A stretch of DNA of 64,000 nucleotides from Azolla caroliniana (Eukaryota; Plantae; Polypodiophyta), in the NCBI GenBank assembly GCA_043228905.1, contig JBHGNT010000003.1, positions 16,244,001 through 16,308,000 on the forward strand, written 5' to 3'. Of this stretch, positions 25,347-37,322 are shown piece by piece. Below the pieces are notes generated by a model. That model had not been told where the DNA came from, did no database searches, and saw nothing but the letters and a program-made list of their open reading frames with translations. The translations under genes and the position numbers were made by a program. Within the stretch, counting starts at the first letter, position 1, and each line of letters begins with the position of its first letter.

Positions 25347-25859
25347 ATGACGTGGTGCTACGGTTAGAAATCAATGTAATGAAGGAAGTAGTTACAACCG
25401 TCACACGGGTGCACGAGCTATTTAAAGCGCAGAACGTGGGAGGCCGGTGTACAAGATTTAACACGCGCGGCAATCAAGGAGTCATAATGACAGACACATA
25501 GGAGATTCGACACGCGCCAAAGAAGCGCAGGCATGACACGCGGCAGCAAAGGACAGACATGCTATTCATGACAGAGCATGCGCAGGCGCCATAAATAGGA
25601 CATACTATTCGAGGCAGAGGACGTGCAGACGCCGAAATTAAAAAGTAAGATGCTAATTATGGCAGAAGATACGCACGCGCGAAAAACAGGAAAAGGCGGC
25701 TCGAGGGAAACGCCACTATATAAAGGAAGAACCGGGGAAGGGTTCACTTTTTACGAATTTTCCCACAAGCAAACGCAGGCTCATAACAGCAAGATCCGAC
25801 GCGCAGAACACCTACACCCCGACCTCAGACCACAGGCAGCAGCAAACGAAGAAGAAGCG

Positions 25860-28742
25860 ATGGCACTGTCGGACGGAGCGCGACAATGGCTGACGGAGAA
25901 CGGATTAGGAGGGCTGCTGCGGGTCGCTGATGCTCCACCACACAAGGAACCAGAGCAGGCGGCAACAGCGGTAGACTTAGCAGAGGTCACTGAAGGAGCG
26001 GTACAAGCGCTCACAGGGATTTCGGAGGGAGGACTTCAGACGATAGAGCTACCCTCGAGCCAAATATTCTTCGAGTATTTCGGCGAATACTCCCTTAGCA
26101 GCAAGGCGTATCGCACACAGGGCGGAGAGAACCTGCTGTTCGGAGAGGTGGCCCGCGCCCTGATGGAGTATGGGTTCGTGAACCCTCGTCCGGCAGCCAT
26201 AGCCAAATACCGAGCAGCGATCGTCGCCGCGACATTCGAAGGCCTGCAGGTGGACTGGCTCCACTTCATCACCGAAGGACTGCAAGAGGCGATCAAGCAC
26301 TTGGTGGAAGGGAAGAAGCCATGGTCCGGAATATCCCAATGGTTAACAGTGTTGGTCCCACCGGTGTCCCCCATCAAGCACAAGCAAAGAAGTCGGCAGG
26401 AGACTACCCCGAAGCAAACCATGAAACGCCGACGAATCTTAGAAAAACACACTCCAGGATGGACACAGGAAGAAGAAGCGCCGCCAGAAGAGGGATCATC
26501 CCGACAGCCGCGGAAAGAAGGCTCATCTCGACAACCGAGGGAAGAAGACTCCTCCCGACAGCAACGGGAGGAAGGCTCATCACGACAGCCACAGAAACAG
26601 CAACAGCAACCGACCACGAAGAAGAAAAAGGCGGAGAAAGGCAAGGAGAAGCTGGCGAAGAAAACCAGCAAGAGACAAACCGACACCGAACCAGTAACGC
26701 TCGAATCGGAACCGGTACCAGTAAAGGAACCGATAGTCGCAGCGACGGAGGACGCCGAAACAGAGGAAGAGTCATCCGAACCGATGTTAATACTACCACC
26801 CAGGCAAGGGAAGGAGAAACGGGCGACAAGACCGACCCCAACAGCGGTCGGAACTCAACAACGGGCGGAAGAACCAGTAACCGGAACAGAAGCGACACAG
26901 GATGAAGGTTCGTCTGCACCAAAGACGGCAGTACCGGAACCGACAGCGGCGGAGTTCGAAGAACCAAGGAAGGAACAAGCGCCGGAACAAGAGAAGAGGC
27001 CGGAGAAACAGCCGGAGCTAGGCACGCCTGCTGACACCAACGAAGGCAGAACAAAGGCACAATGGCTAAGGTGGTTGTCAGGACAGTTGTCGGGAGTAGC
27101 AGACCAGATGGAGAAAGAGGAGGAGCAAAGAGAAGAAGTGACTAGGACGATGACTAAGGATATGGTCATGCTCCGGGCACAATTACATGAGCTGCAAGAA
27201 GAGATAGCACAGGCAAAAGAAGGCAGCCGACAAGCACGAGATGGCACCGAGCCGGTCGGGACATCAGAAAAGCAAGCCGAACCACAAACGGAGAAGGTCT
27301 TGCAAACCGGCCCTGAGACCGAGAAGTTAATAGCAACTTTGAAAGAAGAATTACAGGCTCAGGAGGCATTGAGAGATAACGAAAGAGAACAGCGGAAGTT
27401 GGTAGAAGACGACAGACGGCGAATGGAGGAAGGCCTTCGCCGAAGCAAAGCCACCAATGACCGACTACAAGAAGAAAACGGGACACTGCAAAAGGAAAAA
27501 GATAGGCTGCGCCGCCGAATGGAGCAGGAAATTGAGCGGTTGCGAGAGGAACTCCGACAACAAAAGGACCGGGATGATCAGTTGCGAGCTCAGGCGAACC
27601 GACGCCTAAAACAGAAGACGGAGGAATTCGACCGACTATGTAAGGATTATAAACAGGCCACGTCGGACATCAAGAATCAGGCAGCAACGTACGACCGACA
27701 GATGGAGAAGCTGAAAGAGCAGCTCAAGGAAAACCGCTTGGAATTGTCCAAAGCAAGGGAGGAAGTATCGGCGGAGAAGACCTTGACGTCGGAACAAAGA
27801 AAGGAGATGGAAGTACTTCGGCAGAAAGTAGGGGAACTGACAAAGAGCCGGAACGAGGAAAAAGTGAAGTTGACTTTCGAAATCAACAAATGGCGGAGTA
27901 CCTGTGACAAGCAGAAAGTCGACTCTGAAGCTCAAGCTCAGTTAATGGCCGACATCATCAAACGGATAAGGAAGGAAAAACAAGCAGCTTCGGAACAGGC
28001 TAAAGCAGGGGTTGACCGAATTAAGTTCATCATGTCAAGCTGGAGTACCCGAGCTCAGGCCAGCATAAATGAAAGCACGGAGAAACTCTGGAAGGAATGG
28101 GCACAACAGGCAGCTGAACTGCAGATACTCCGAGCTGATGCAGAAAATCGGAAGAAAAACGGAGATGGGTTCTATAAAATGGACGAAGAAAGTATCGTCA
28201 ACATCCGGGAAGAACTGTCGGAGGATTTCTATGCTCTAGCAGAAGAACATCTCAAGGAAATCCGAGGGTTAGTAGAGAGGTTGGATGACGGACAGCTCGA
28301 AACCCAACTAGAATTGGAAGGGTACGAGAAGGACCGACTGCGACAGGAAGCCGAGGGACACACAACGCCGATCTCCATTAGTGAGGGCGAGCGACCGGCT
28401 GAAGAGGACCCAACCAACAATGTACCCGAGGAAGAACTTCCGGAGCAAGAGCAGGTTGATGCCGGGGATGATGCAGAGTGGAGACAGAGAAGTACCGAAT
28501 CCGGGGAGGAAAGGACACAACCAGTGGAAACCGGAGAGAGCGATACCGGGAACGGAACGGAGGTGGAGCAGGACAGACCCAGACAGGATACAGAAGAAAC
28601 ACCGGTACCACCGGTACAAGCAGAGTCGGAGCAGCAAGATGCGAAAAGGCAGCCAATCCAATCGGACGTCGGAGACGGCACAGGCAAAACAACACTTGAA
28701 ACCTCGGAGCGGAGTTTGCCTGATAATTTGAAGGAAGACTGA
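25860..28742 (+). CDS. Extra ORF3 of element T (env-position protein: globular N-domain, E/P/K-rich linker, long coiled coil)
   Basis: Open frame 25623-28742. Likely ATG 25860 (960 aa) downstream of CTATATAAA 25716-25724. Stops about 50 nt before the 3' LTR. Confidence 0.8.
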   Translation: MALSDGARQWLTENGLGGLLRVADAPPHKEPEQAATAVDLAEVTEGAVQALTGISEGGLQTIELPSSQIFFEYFGEYSLSSKAYRTQGGENLLFGEVARALMEYGFVNPRPAAIAKYRAAIVAATFEGLQVDWLHFITEGLQEAIKHLVEGKKPWSGISQWLTVLVPPVSPIKHKQRSRQETTPKQTMKRRRILEKHTPGWTQEEEAPPEEGSSRQPRKEGSSRQPREEDSSRQQREEGSSRQPQKQQQQPTTKKKKAEKGKEKLAKKTSKRQTDTEPVTLESEPVPVKEPIVAATEDAETEEESSEPMLILPPRQGKEKRATRPTPTAVGTQQRAEEPVTGTEATQDEGSSAPKTAVPEPTAAEFEEPRKEQAPEQEKRPEKQPELGTPADTNEGRTKAQWLRWLSGQLSGVADQMEKEEEQREEVTRTMTKDMVMLRAQLHELQEEIAQAKEGSRQARDGTEPVGTSEKQAEPQTEKVLQTGPETEKLIATLKEELQAQEALRDNEREQRKLVEDDRRRMEEGLRRSKATNDRLQEENGTLQKEKDRLRRRMEQEIERLREELRQQKDRDDQLRAQANRRLKQKTEEFDRLCKDYKQATSDIKNQAATYDRQMEKLKEQLKENRLELSKAREEVSAEKTLTSEQRKEMEVLRQKVGELTKSRNEEKVKLTFEINKWRSTCDKQKVDSEAQAQLMADIIKRIRKEKQAASEQAKAGVDRIKFIMSSWSTRAQASINESTEKLWKEWAQQAAELQILRADAENRKKNGDGFYKMDEESIVNIREELSEDFYALAEEHLKEIRGLVERLDDGQLETQLELEGYEKDRLRQEAEGHTTPISISEGERPAEEDPTNNVPEEELPEQEQVDAGDDAEWRQRSTESGEERTQPVETGESDTGNGTEVEQDRPRQDTEETPVPPVQAESEQQDAKRQPIQSDVGDGTGKTTLETSERSLPDNLKED

Positions 28743-29362
28743 AGCCGGCTGTGGGTTCGAAGTGCAATGCACTTTCCCACGGGCGTGCCATGTGTTGGCC
28801 GGTCAGAGAAGGCAAATGGGAAAGCAAGGTCGGATCGGATAAATATAGAAATAGGAATAGAATTATTAGGAGGGACGGATCCGGTAGTTGTAACCGATCT
28901 GGATCCGAACCGATTCGGTTTCGGTTAACGGTTGCCTACCGAGCACCGATTGTAATCTGGCCGGATGCCTATAAAAAGGATCCGATGTTTTGTAATGAAA
29001 GCACGAAGAATTAATATAGTTTTGCTTATGCTGATTCATCTTGTCTTCGTCTGTGCTTAAGTGTAATTATCATACGCGTGTATTAACATCCTATCCCTAC
29101 CACCCCTTTGGAGAAGTGTCGGATAGACACCTGTGTTGCGGCTAGTCCAGCCATACATACAACAAAAATCAAGCGTTAAATCTTTATTTTAGTATCTCTC
29201 TCTTGCCATATCAATCTCTCTCTCTTTCAATCTATCTTAATTCCTTTCTCACTAAAGCTTGTGTGTACTTCGAATCCTTCCGGTCGAGAACCCCGACGGT
29301 TCCGCCTCACGATCCATGCGTAGTGACGGATCTTCACGACATAATTAAGTGGCGAACCTGAT

Positions 29363-31612
29363 GTGAAAGAGGCGGCGGGAAGGATCAAATCGAGGATTAA
29401 TCGATACTTGGAGATGGCATCCTCAAGCAACCAAGCAGGAGAGTTTGAAAGGATGATGATAATTGTCGAACAAATGATGAGATCTCGAGACAACGATGCG
29501 AGCGTGGAGAAGGCTGTCGACCGTGTCATAGAGCTCGAGGGTCAATTTGATGGAAGGAACGTTACGAAGTTCCTTGACGCATACAAACGGGAGATGAATC
29601 AAAGAGACGTGTCCGAAGCACGGAAAATCACGAGTTTCAAGAGGGTGGTCGCCAACAACATCCAAAGACGCATCATCGAGGTTCAAGAAGGTAAGATAAC
29701 ATGGTCCGAGTTTGAGAAAGTGATATTAACGGAGTTCGTGACTGAAGACTCAACGAGGAGGACTCGACATGCCTTGATGAAGTGGATAGAAAAATAAAAT
29801 AAGAAGATGAGCGCCTCGAGGGTGTACGACAAATTCGATCAAATGTTTAGTCGTCTCCCCAACATGGACCAAGTGTTGCTTGAAGAGGACAAGACTTTGT
29901 ACTTCTTGAAAGCTGTGGACATGAAGGATAGACGAGAATTGGGGACTCTTCTCAAAGACGATACCCAAGCAAATGGGCTTGTGGCGGACTGGGTTGCGGT
30001 AAAGCGAGCATGCAATAGGCTCGACAAGCGTCGTCAGTGGGTTGATGACACCCACTTGGTGGGATCGATTGTTGCGGAGAAAACAAGACAACCGAAAGTA
30101 GTTGCGCTGCCCAAACAAAGTAACCCCGAAGAAAAGAAGATTGATGACAACATCATCGAAGAACTGGCGAAGAAGTTCGAGACGGTTACACTAGCCAACA
30201 TGAATCGTCGGGGGCCCAAAGGAGAAGAACCCTTTAGATGCGTGTGGTGCAATGGCATGGACCACATGAGAAGAGATTGTTTGAGCCTTCAAGACACCAT
30301 TCGACAAAATACCGTGTACATAGATGACAACATGATCTGCTCGAGTGAGACTAGAAGACACCTACGGATGAATTTCGGAAGAGGAGGAATGAAGAAAGCT
30401 ATGGAGGATGCCGATGCGACTCATGTGGATGCGATGCACTATGCTGCGTTGGCCGGAATAAGAGTCGGGAAAGACAAGACTGAAGTTACTAGAGCGGGAG
30501 CAAAGTTTTGGACTTCCGTTCTCGAATATGAGAAGAAGGGAAAAGTCACTTCGAATGAAGTAGAGCTCGTGGATCGAAGTGTACAAAGTATAACCGGATG
30601 GTCGGATCCGGTGGATGACAACACCATACTCGCGGAGGTGATGTGCGACAACCACGAGGTGTTCGTCGAAGAAAAGAGAAAAAGAATAGAAGAGCAAGGC
30701 CCATCAAAAAGACATGAAACAAGGAACGCGTAAAAGAAGGAAGATGCAGAGACAAGTCGATCTTTACAAATGGAGGAACGAGAATCAAGCCGAAAAGGAG
30801 AGCTGAGCATACGAGTCGAAGAAACTGTACAACCCATGAAGGTTGGTTTCGAAGACCCCGCTTGGAGGACAAGGGCTATGCCTACCTATAAGTTAAGGTC
30901 GGACATAGAGCAGACGACGGACCTAAAGAAGATTCTCGAAGAACGTGTTCTTGATAGCCACGTGACTTTGTCCTTGAGGGAATTGCTTGGCATTACGAAG
31001 AAGGAGTTCCATGACACGATCGTGGATCTTGCAAAAAGAAAAAGACAACAATCGGACGAGGAAGAAGAGAAGCCGCAAAAAGAAAAAACGAATGCCATAA
31101 TGATGGCAAGAGAAGCAGTCGATGAAGATATGGTGGACAACCACTATACTCGACCTCATTAGGCACAAGTGACAACGGAGATGCTGGTGAAGATCGAGGA
31201 GAAGAAAGAGACTGTGGTAGCCTTGATCGACCACGGCTCGGAGATCAACCTCATGTCAACTGACTTCTACAAAAAAGGAAGATGGCCAATCAATACAAAT
31301 CACGGATGGAAGATTTGCGCGGCAACAAAGACTACGGAGGACTTGTACGGAGCTTGTCCCAATGTTAAAGTCACGATCGGGGATGTGGAGATGGATCAAC
31401 ACTTCTTCGTGCAAGAATCGGCGTCTCACCCTGTCATCCTAGGACAACCATATATCACATCATGTTGGATGGAGACCAAAGTGTTCGATAATGGAGCAGC
31501 CTTCGCATGAATAAAGAGTCTTGACAACCAAAGATCGGTCCAATTCCTAACGGTGCGAGCCAATCATGAAAGGAATCGAGATAGTCTTGGAGGCGAATCC
31601 TCGGATTTTTAG
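29363..31612 (+). pseudogene. Element B gag-protease with in-frame stops
   Basis: Same-frame pieces 29363-29797, 29807-30733 (CVWCNGMDHMRRDC), 30770-31162, 31169-31510 (ALIDHGSEIN...ILGQP). Natural stop TAG 31610-31612. Confidence 0.88.
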
Positions 31613-31666
31613 AGCGGACTATTGAAGCATGGGGCACAAATAGTCCGAGCAATCGCATGTCCCCAC
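31603..31666 (+). promoter_or_regulatory. Putative -1 ribosomal frameshift signal (G_GAU_UUU plus H-type pseudoknot)
   Basis: Slippery 31603-31609; stem CGGACTATT/AATAGTCCG; loop TGGGG pairs CCCCA 31661-31665. Conserved at 53208-53271 (-). Confidence 0.7.
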
Positions 31667-34600
31667 AAGAAAGTAGAGCGTGTGGATTGCGAGGAGAAGC
31701 AACATGTGTCACACCTAGTGGCGCATGTAAACTAGTACTACCCGACAAGAAGGACATCATCGGATACAAAACTTCGAGAAGATGCTGAAAGAAGAAAACA
31801 TAATAGAAGAAGAAGAGTTCGTGACTCATATTATGGAAGAAGCCTCATTTAATGACACTATCGGCAAAATCAAGGACGTTGTGGACTTGAGCTATCTTCA
31901 TGAACATCACGTGATTTCGGTTTGCTCCATCAAAATGTATGTTATCATTGATGAATATCATCGAAGCATGTTGATGAAGGAAGCTGACGTCAACACAAAA
32001 TATAAAACGGTGGATAAGAAGGTCAAAGTAGTTGCAGTTCTGCTACTGGAAGATAGCTGGCAAAAGATGAAGGAAGTTGCTAATGATCCAAGCTTAAGGG
32101 ATCCGAAGACAATAGGTCATGTCTTCACCAAAGAGACTAAGGGAAAGCTACGAGTTGGAAGGGAGGATTTCCTTCTCCCTGAAGAGGAGCGAATGTTTCA
32201 CGACATGCTTGAGAGACATGGGAAGGCTTTCGCATTTTTCCCATGAGAAATCGGATGTGCTGATCCAAGGACGATAGAAGCAATGGTGATCTTCATGGTG
32301 CCGCATGTGCCTTGGAATTTGAAACCGATACCGGTTCCGAGAGCACACCTACCGAAGTTGATCGAGCTCTTAAAGGAGAAGGTGAATATGGGAATTCTGG
32401 AACCGTCGAACGCTCCTTATTCCAGTAGGTGGTTCACGATGCCGAAGAAGAATGGATCATTGCTATTCATCCAAGATCTTCAACCCGTCAACAAGGTGAT
32501 AATTCGAAATGCCGGAATCGGTCCGAGCGTGGACGAATTTGCTGAGGCGTTTGCGGGCCGGTCCATCTACTTCATTGGTGATCTCTACTCTGGATATGAC
32601 CAATTCCAATTGGCGATCGACAGTCATGACATTACAACCATGAGGACTCCGATCGGGCTTGTGCGGATGTGTACCTTACCTCAAGGCGCAACGAACTCGG
32701 TGGCTAATATGGTGAATGCCATGAACAAAGTCTTGAAGGATTGTATCCCAGACATCACAATGCCATTCTTGGATGATATTCCGGTAAAAGGATGTTCGGA
32801 TGAGGAGAAAGATGAATCGAAAGATAAGGAAGGGTGTAGAAAGTTCGTCGCGGATCATATGAAAGATTGCGAGAAGGTGCTTCAAAGGCTCGAAGATGCG
32901 AATTTGACATTTTCGGGATAAAAATCCACATTCGATCAATCAGAGATCTTGGTGGTAGGTCACTTGTGTGGAGCATACGGCCAAAAGCCTTCGCCATCCA
33001 AAGTGAACGCGATCCAAGACATGAAAGAAGAATGCGAAAACCAAACAGAGGTTCGAAGGTTCCTTGGAGCATGCACGTTTTATCATATCTGGATTCCTCA
33101 CTACGCTCATGTCGCCGAACCGTTATATGGACTATTAAAGAAAAGAATGAAGTTCGAATGGCAAAGTGAGCATACAAACGCGATGCAAAGATTGAAGAAA
33201 CTACTTCTTGAAGCTCCAGCACTAAGAAAGGCCAACTATACTGAAAGGACGCCGATTTATGTGACAGTAGATACGAGCCCAACCGGAATTGGGTGGGTCA
33301 TCAACCAAGAAGGAGAAGATAATGCGCAATATGCCATCCGGTTCGGAGCAAAGGTTCTCAGCGAATGGCAACAAAAATATGCCCAAGTCAAGCGGGAACT
33401 TTGGGGTATTGTGTCGGTAGTGAAGACAGATAAAGATTACCTGATTGGGACGGAAGTGATAATAGAGACAGATTGTCTCCCAATCCTCAGAATGATCTCG
33501 GGATGTGCGACCCCATATCTAGCTATGCTAAGGTGGATCGCCTATATCAAGTCTTTAAACCCAGAGATCCATCACATTCCAAGGAAGAAGAACGCCATGG
33601 CTGATATGCTGTCAAGGGCAAGATTTGAAAGTGAAAGTGACATCACCCTCGACTTCTTCAAGATGGCTCGATTATCGGCGGAAGACAAGGATATGCTAAC
33701 CCTCCACGCCTTCAACGAGAACAAGTACGAAGGAGAGTGGTTACTGATTGGCAGATTCTTAAGAACATTGACGACGGATGCTTCGTTGACAAAGGAGGAG
33801 ACCCTACGAATCCGGAAGAAAGATTATCGATACTTCTTGAAGGGAGGCTTCCTTTGGCGACACCCAAAAAGAAGGACGAGAATACCACGCCGAGTGGTGG
33901 TGAAGAAAGAAGAGCAAGTGACGCTGATGACTGAATTCCACAAGAGTGCTTGGGCAGGTCATAGAGGGACATGGGCAACGTTCGAAAAGTTGAAGGAAAA
34001 GTACTGGTGGCCAAGCATGTACAAAGATGTACTCCATTTCGTGTCCACATGCGAAACTTGCCAAGTACATTCCAACATACGTCATCGTGATGAGCTACGA
34101 CCGACATACCCGCTCACCATACACTTCAAATGGATGGTTGATCTGGTCTCGATGCCAATGGGAGTGGGACAAATTAAGTACTTAGTGCTGGCAAGAGAAG
34201 ACTTGACAAATCAAGTGGAAGGGCGGGCCTTGACAAATAAGACGACGTCGGCTGTTTGCAAATTTCTACTTGAAGAGGTTTTCTACCGATACAGATGTGT
34301 GGGGAAGATAGTCGCCGACCGAGGGGAGTTGGACGCACACGAAGCAACGGAGCTTTTCGAACGACTAGGCGTGAAGCTCTTCCTCACGACTGCCTACAAT
34401 CCAGAAGCGAATGGGAAGATCGAGCAAGGGCATGGACCCATCGTCAAAGCCATCATACAAGCATGCAACGGTCGAGTCAGGAATTGGCCATGACTATTGC
34501 CCTATGCCTTGTGGGCCGACATAACGACACACAGCTGGGTGACAAGGTATATGCCAACAGAGCTTATGTATGGACAAAAGCCGGTGATGCCCATCGAAAG

Positions 34601-35075
34601 GACGATTGCCTCATGGGTAGTGATACCATGGGAGAACGACATGAGTCAAGAAGAATTATTAGCAGCATGGATAAGGCAACTTGAAAGGAGACTTGAAGAT
34701 CTAGAACATGCGCGAAAAATGATGGAGGCAGCCCGAGTGAAGAACAAAATTCGGTTCGATAAGACGCATCGACTACGTCCTAAGAGGATCGAAGAAGGAG
34801 ATTGGGTATTGGTCTACGACAACAACCTTGACAATCAACACAGTACAACAAGAAACTTCGCAAGAAGATGGTTCAGACCGTATGTGGTGATAAGTGCCAA
34901 CAACAATGCCACATACCACCTTGCGAAGCTAGATGGATCAAGGTTGGCCATACACATTATGGGAAAAAGAGTAAAGGTTTTCAAGAAAAGACAAGACGAG
35001 GATCCAGATCTCGATCACCTTGACGATGAAGATAGTACGACGGATGTGAATGAAGACGTGGAGGAATCTGATTGA
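31609..35075 (+). pseudogene. Element B pol (RT-RNaseH-INT) with stops
   Basis: DLYSGYDQF, LPQGATNS, FLDD, VDTSP/KRELW/TDC, GHRG...CETC, ADRGE, EANGKIE. Confidence 0.9.
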
Positions 35076-35147
35076 TCACCGTAGCCGAAATCTCACACTC
35101 TCTCTTCTTGGCACGTATTAGAGGACGTGCGGCTTGGTGGGGGTGGA

Positions 35148-36239
35148 TGTCGTGAAGATTTTTGGTAATGGTGTCTTGAAGAGCTTTCAGATGCACTTTA
35201 CTACATAAGAAACGAACATCTAAGTGTCAACTTATGTGGGTATAAAATTTTGCAAAAAAAGAAAAAAGAAAAATGTAAAATATCCCACATAGATAAGAAA
35301 GTTAAGGCCCTGGCTATATAAGCACATTGAGATCCCTTATTCTCCATTTGTGCTAAGAGCACTTTGGCCACTTTGTCTAGATTGATGAATGTGGCTAAAT
35401 TCCAAAAACCGACTGGCAATAAAATGGAACTGGCCGGTAATGAAACCGGAATTGGCCGATAAAATGGAAACCAAACTGGAACCGACCGGTAAGAAAACCG
35501 GGACCGGTCGCTAAACAATCCGGAACCGGCTAGTAAGCAAATCGGAACTGACTGGTCGGCGGCGGATCCGGCGACGGAGGCATCAACTGATGGTGGAGCC
35601 GGCGTCATCCGGCAACCGTCGGTAACCGGTGGCATCCGGTGGCATTCGGCGAACCAGCGGCATCCGGCGACCGGATAGATATATAAATAAATAAGTAAAT
35701 ATATGTATACATATATGTATATACACAAGGAGTGCAAGTGTGGATTTGAACCTTGCACCTCCAAGTTGAGAGTCTATAGGCTTACTACAAAGCCAAGACA
35801 TTTTCATGAAATGATCTTTTTGTCATTATAGTTTTACATGTAAATTCTCATACATGAGACCTTAAATGAGTGATGTGGTTATCATGCACCACATGTAATA
35901 CATGAGCGCCAAATGGCAAACATGCATGTCTTGTACCCTCAAATGCATGAGGGCATCTATAAAAGAGGGGAGGAAAAAGATGAAAGGACTAATGTAAAAT
36001 TTTGGAATGATCAAATAAGAGACTTGTAACCCTATTGTTGATGTATCTTCTCTCTCAAATCTAAAATCAAGAGTTAAATCTTTATTTTAGTATCTCTCTC
36101 TTGCCATATTAATCTCTCTCTCTTTCAATCTATCATAATTCCTTTCTCGCTAAATCTTGTGTGTACTTCGAATCCTTCCGGTCGAGAACCCCAACGATTC
36201 CGCCTCACGATCCGCGCGTAGTGACAGATCTTCACGACA
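35148..36239 (+). repeat. 3' LTR of element B, with tRNA-like module at 35742-35795 (-)
   Basis: TGTCGTGAAGAT...ATCTTCACGACA; homologous to 12633-13607 plus 29170-29341. Confidence 0.92.
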
Positions 36240-37322
36240 ACGGATCGTGAGGCGGAACATTGGGATCTTGAACCGGAAGGATTCGAAGTTTATACTAGCT
36301 TTAGCGAGAAAGTATTTAAGATAGATTGAAAGAGAGAGAGAGATTGAGATTGAACTCTTGACTTTAGATCTGAAGAAAAGATATATCATCAATTGGATAA
36401 TGATTTTTGTTTCTTATTAAATTCTTAATTCATACATCGCTCCCTTTGATCTTTTTCATCGCCTCTTTTATAGATGCCCCCATGCATATGATGCATGTGA
36501 GGGTACAAGACATGCATACAACGCATGGAATGCATGTGATGCATGTTTGCCATTTGGCGCTCATGCATTACATGTGATAGATAATAACCTTGCCACTCAT
36601 TCAAGCTCTAATATGATCATTTACATGTGAAAGTATAATGATAGAAAAAATATTTTTAGAGAAGTGACTTGGCTTAGTGGTAAGTTTACTACCTCCTATC
36701 TTGGAGGTGCAAGGTTGAAGCCTTGCTTGCATCCCTTTGTATAGAACTTTTTACTAGGTTTTTTAGTCTAGATGATTTTGTTCGTTTCACACCAAAATCA
36801 TTGCGATCAACCTATCCGATCGATCCATCTATTCGGTCTGCATTCGGTCTGGTGCCGGTGCTGTCGTTGTCCGTCCAGTTTCGTCGTCGTCCATTCGATC
36901 TGGTTCCGGTTCCGTCGTCTTCGTCTGGTCCGGTCCTCCAAAACCATTACGAGTAGTTAAGCCACACTTTAGCCCAAGAACATTTTGTGCTCCACACATA
37001 GACAAAAAGTAATGAGTTCTGGCTCTGCTTATACAATGTGGGATCCTGATTTGTCTTATCTATGTGGGATATCTCATAGTTTTGTTTTTCTCTTCTTCTT
37101 CTCAAACTTCACACTCACATAACTTGACATTAATTTGTTCGTTTCAAATGTAGTAAAGTACATTAAGAAGCTCATGAAGACATCCATCTTTTCGTACCAA
37201 GATATTAAACTAATCTAAAATAGTATCTTCACAATTAGTGTTTCATATTGTGTGTGAAGAACCACACTCGATTTTGTTCATTCCATGCAATTTTCTCATT
37301 GTTGCCGAAAATCTTCACGACA
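36240..37322 (-). repeat. Minus-strand B-type LTR (probable 5' LTR of B'), missing its last ~23 bp
   Basis: Starts TGTCGTGAAGATTTTCGGCAA at 37322 (-). tRNA-like module reads on + at 36670-36722. Confidence 0.85.

Larger units (their letters stand above)
13608..29164 (+). mobile_element. Athila/Tat-like Ty3/gypsy element T with extra 3' ORF, young
   Basis: 372-bp LTRs 13608-13979 and 28793-29164, identical by eye. TSD AAAAT (13603-13607, 29165-29169). PBS TGGCGACCAC 13986-13995 (tRNA-Arg-like). Confidence 0.95.
12633..36239 (+). mobile_element. Ty3/gypsy element B (non-chromovirus, tRNA-Trp PBS), degenerate, full length; 5' LTR split by element T
   Basis: 5' LTR 12633-13607 plus 29170-29341, PBS 29350-29367, gag-PR-RT-RH-INT 29363-35075, PPT-like GGTGGGGGTGGA, 3' LTR 35148-36239. 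Confidence 0.9.

Noticed and set aside
25860-28742. Host myosin/SMC-like gene or true viral envelope
   Set aside because: Intronless, lies between pol and the 3' LTR, and has no ATPase motifs or TM segment.
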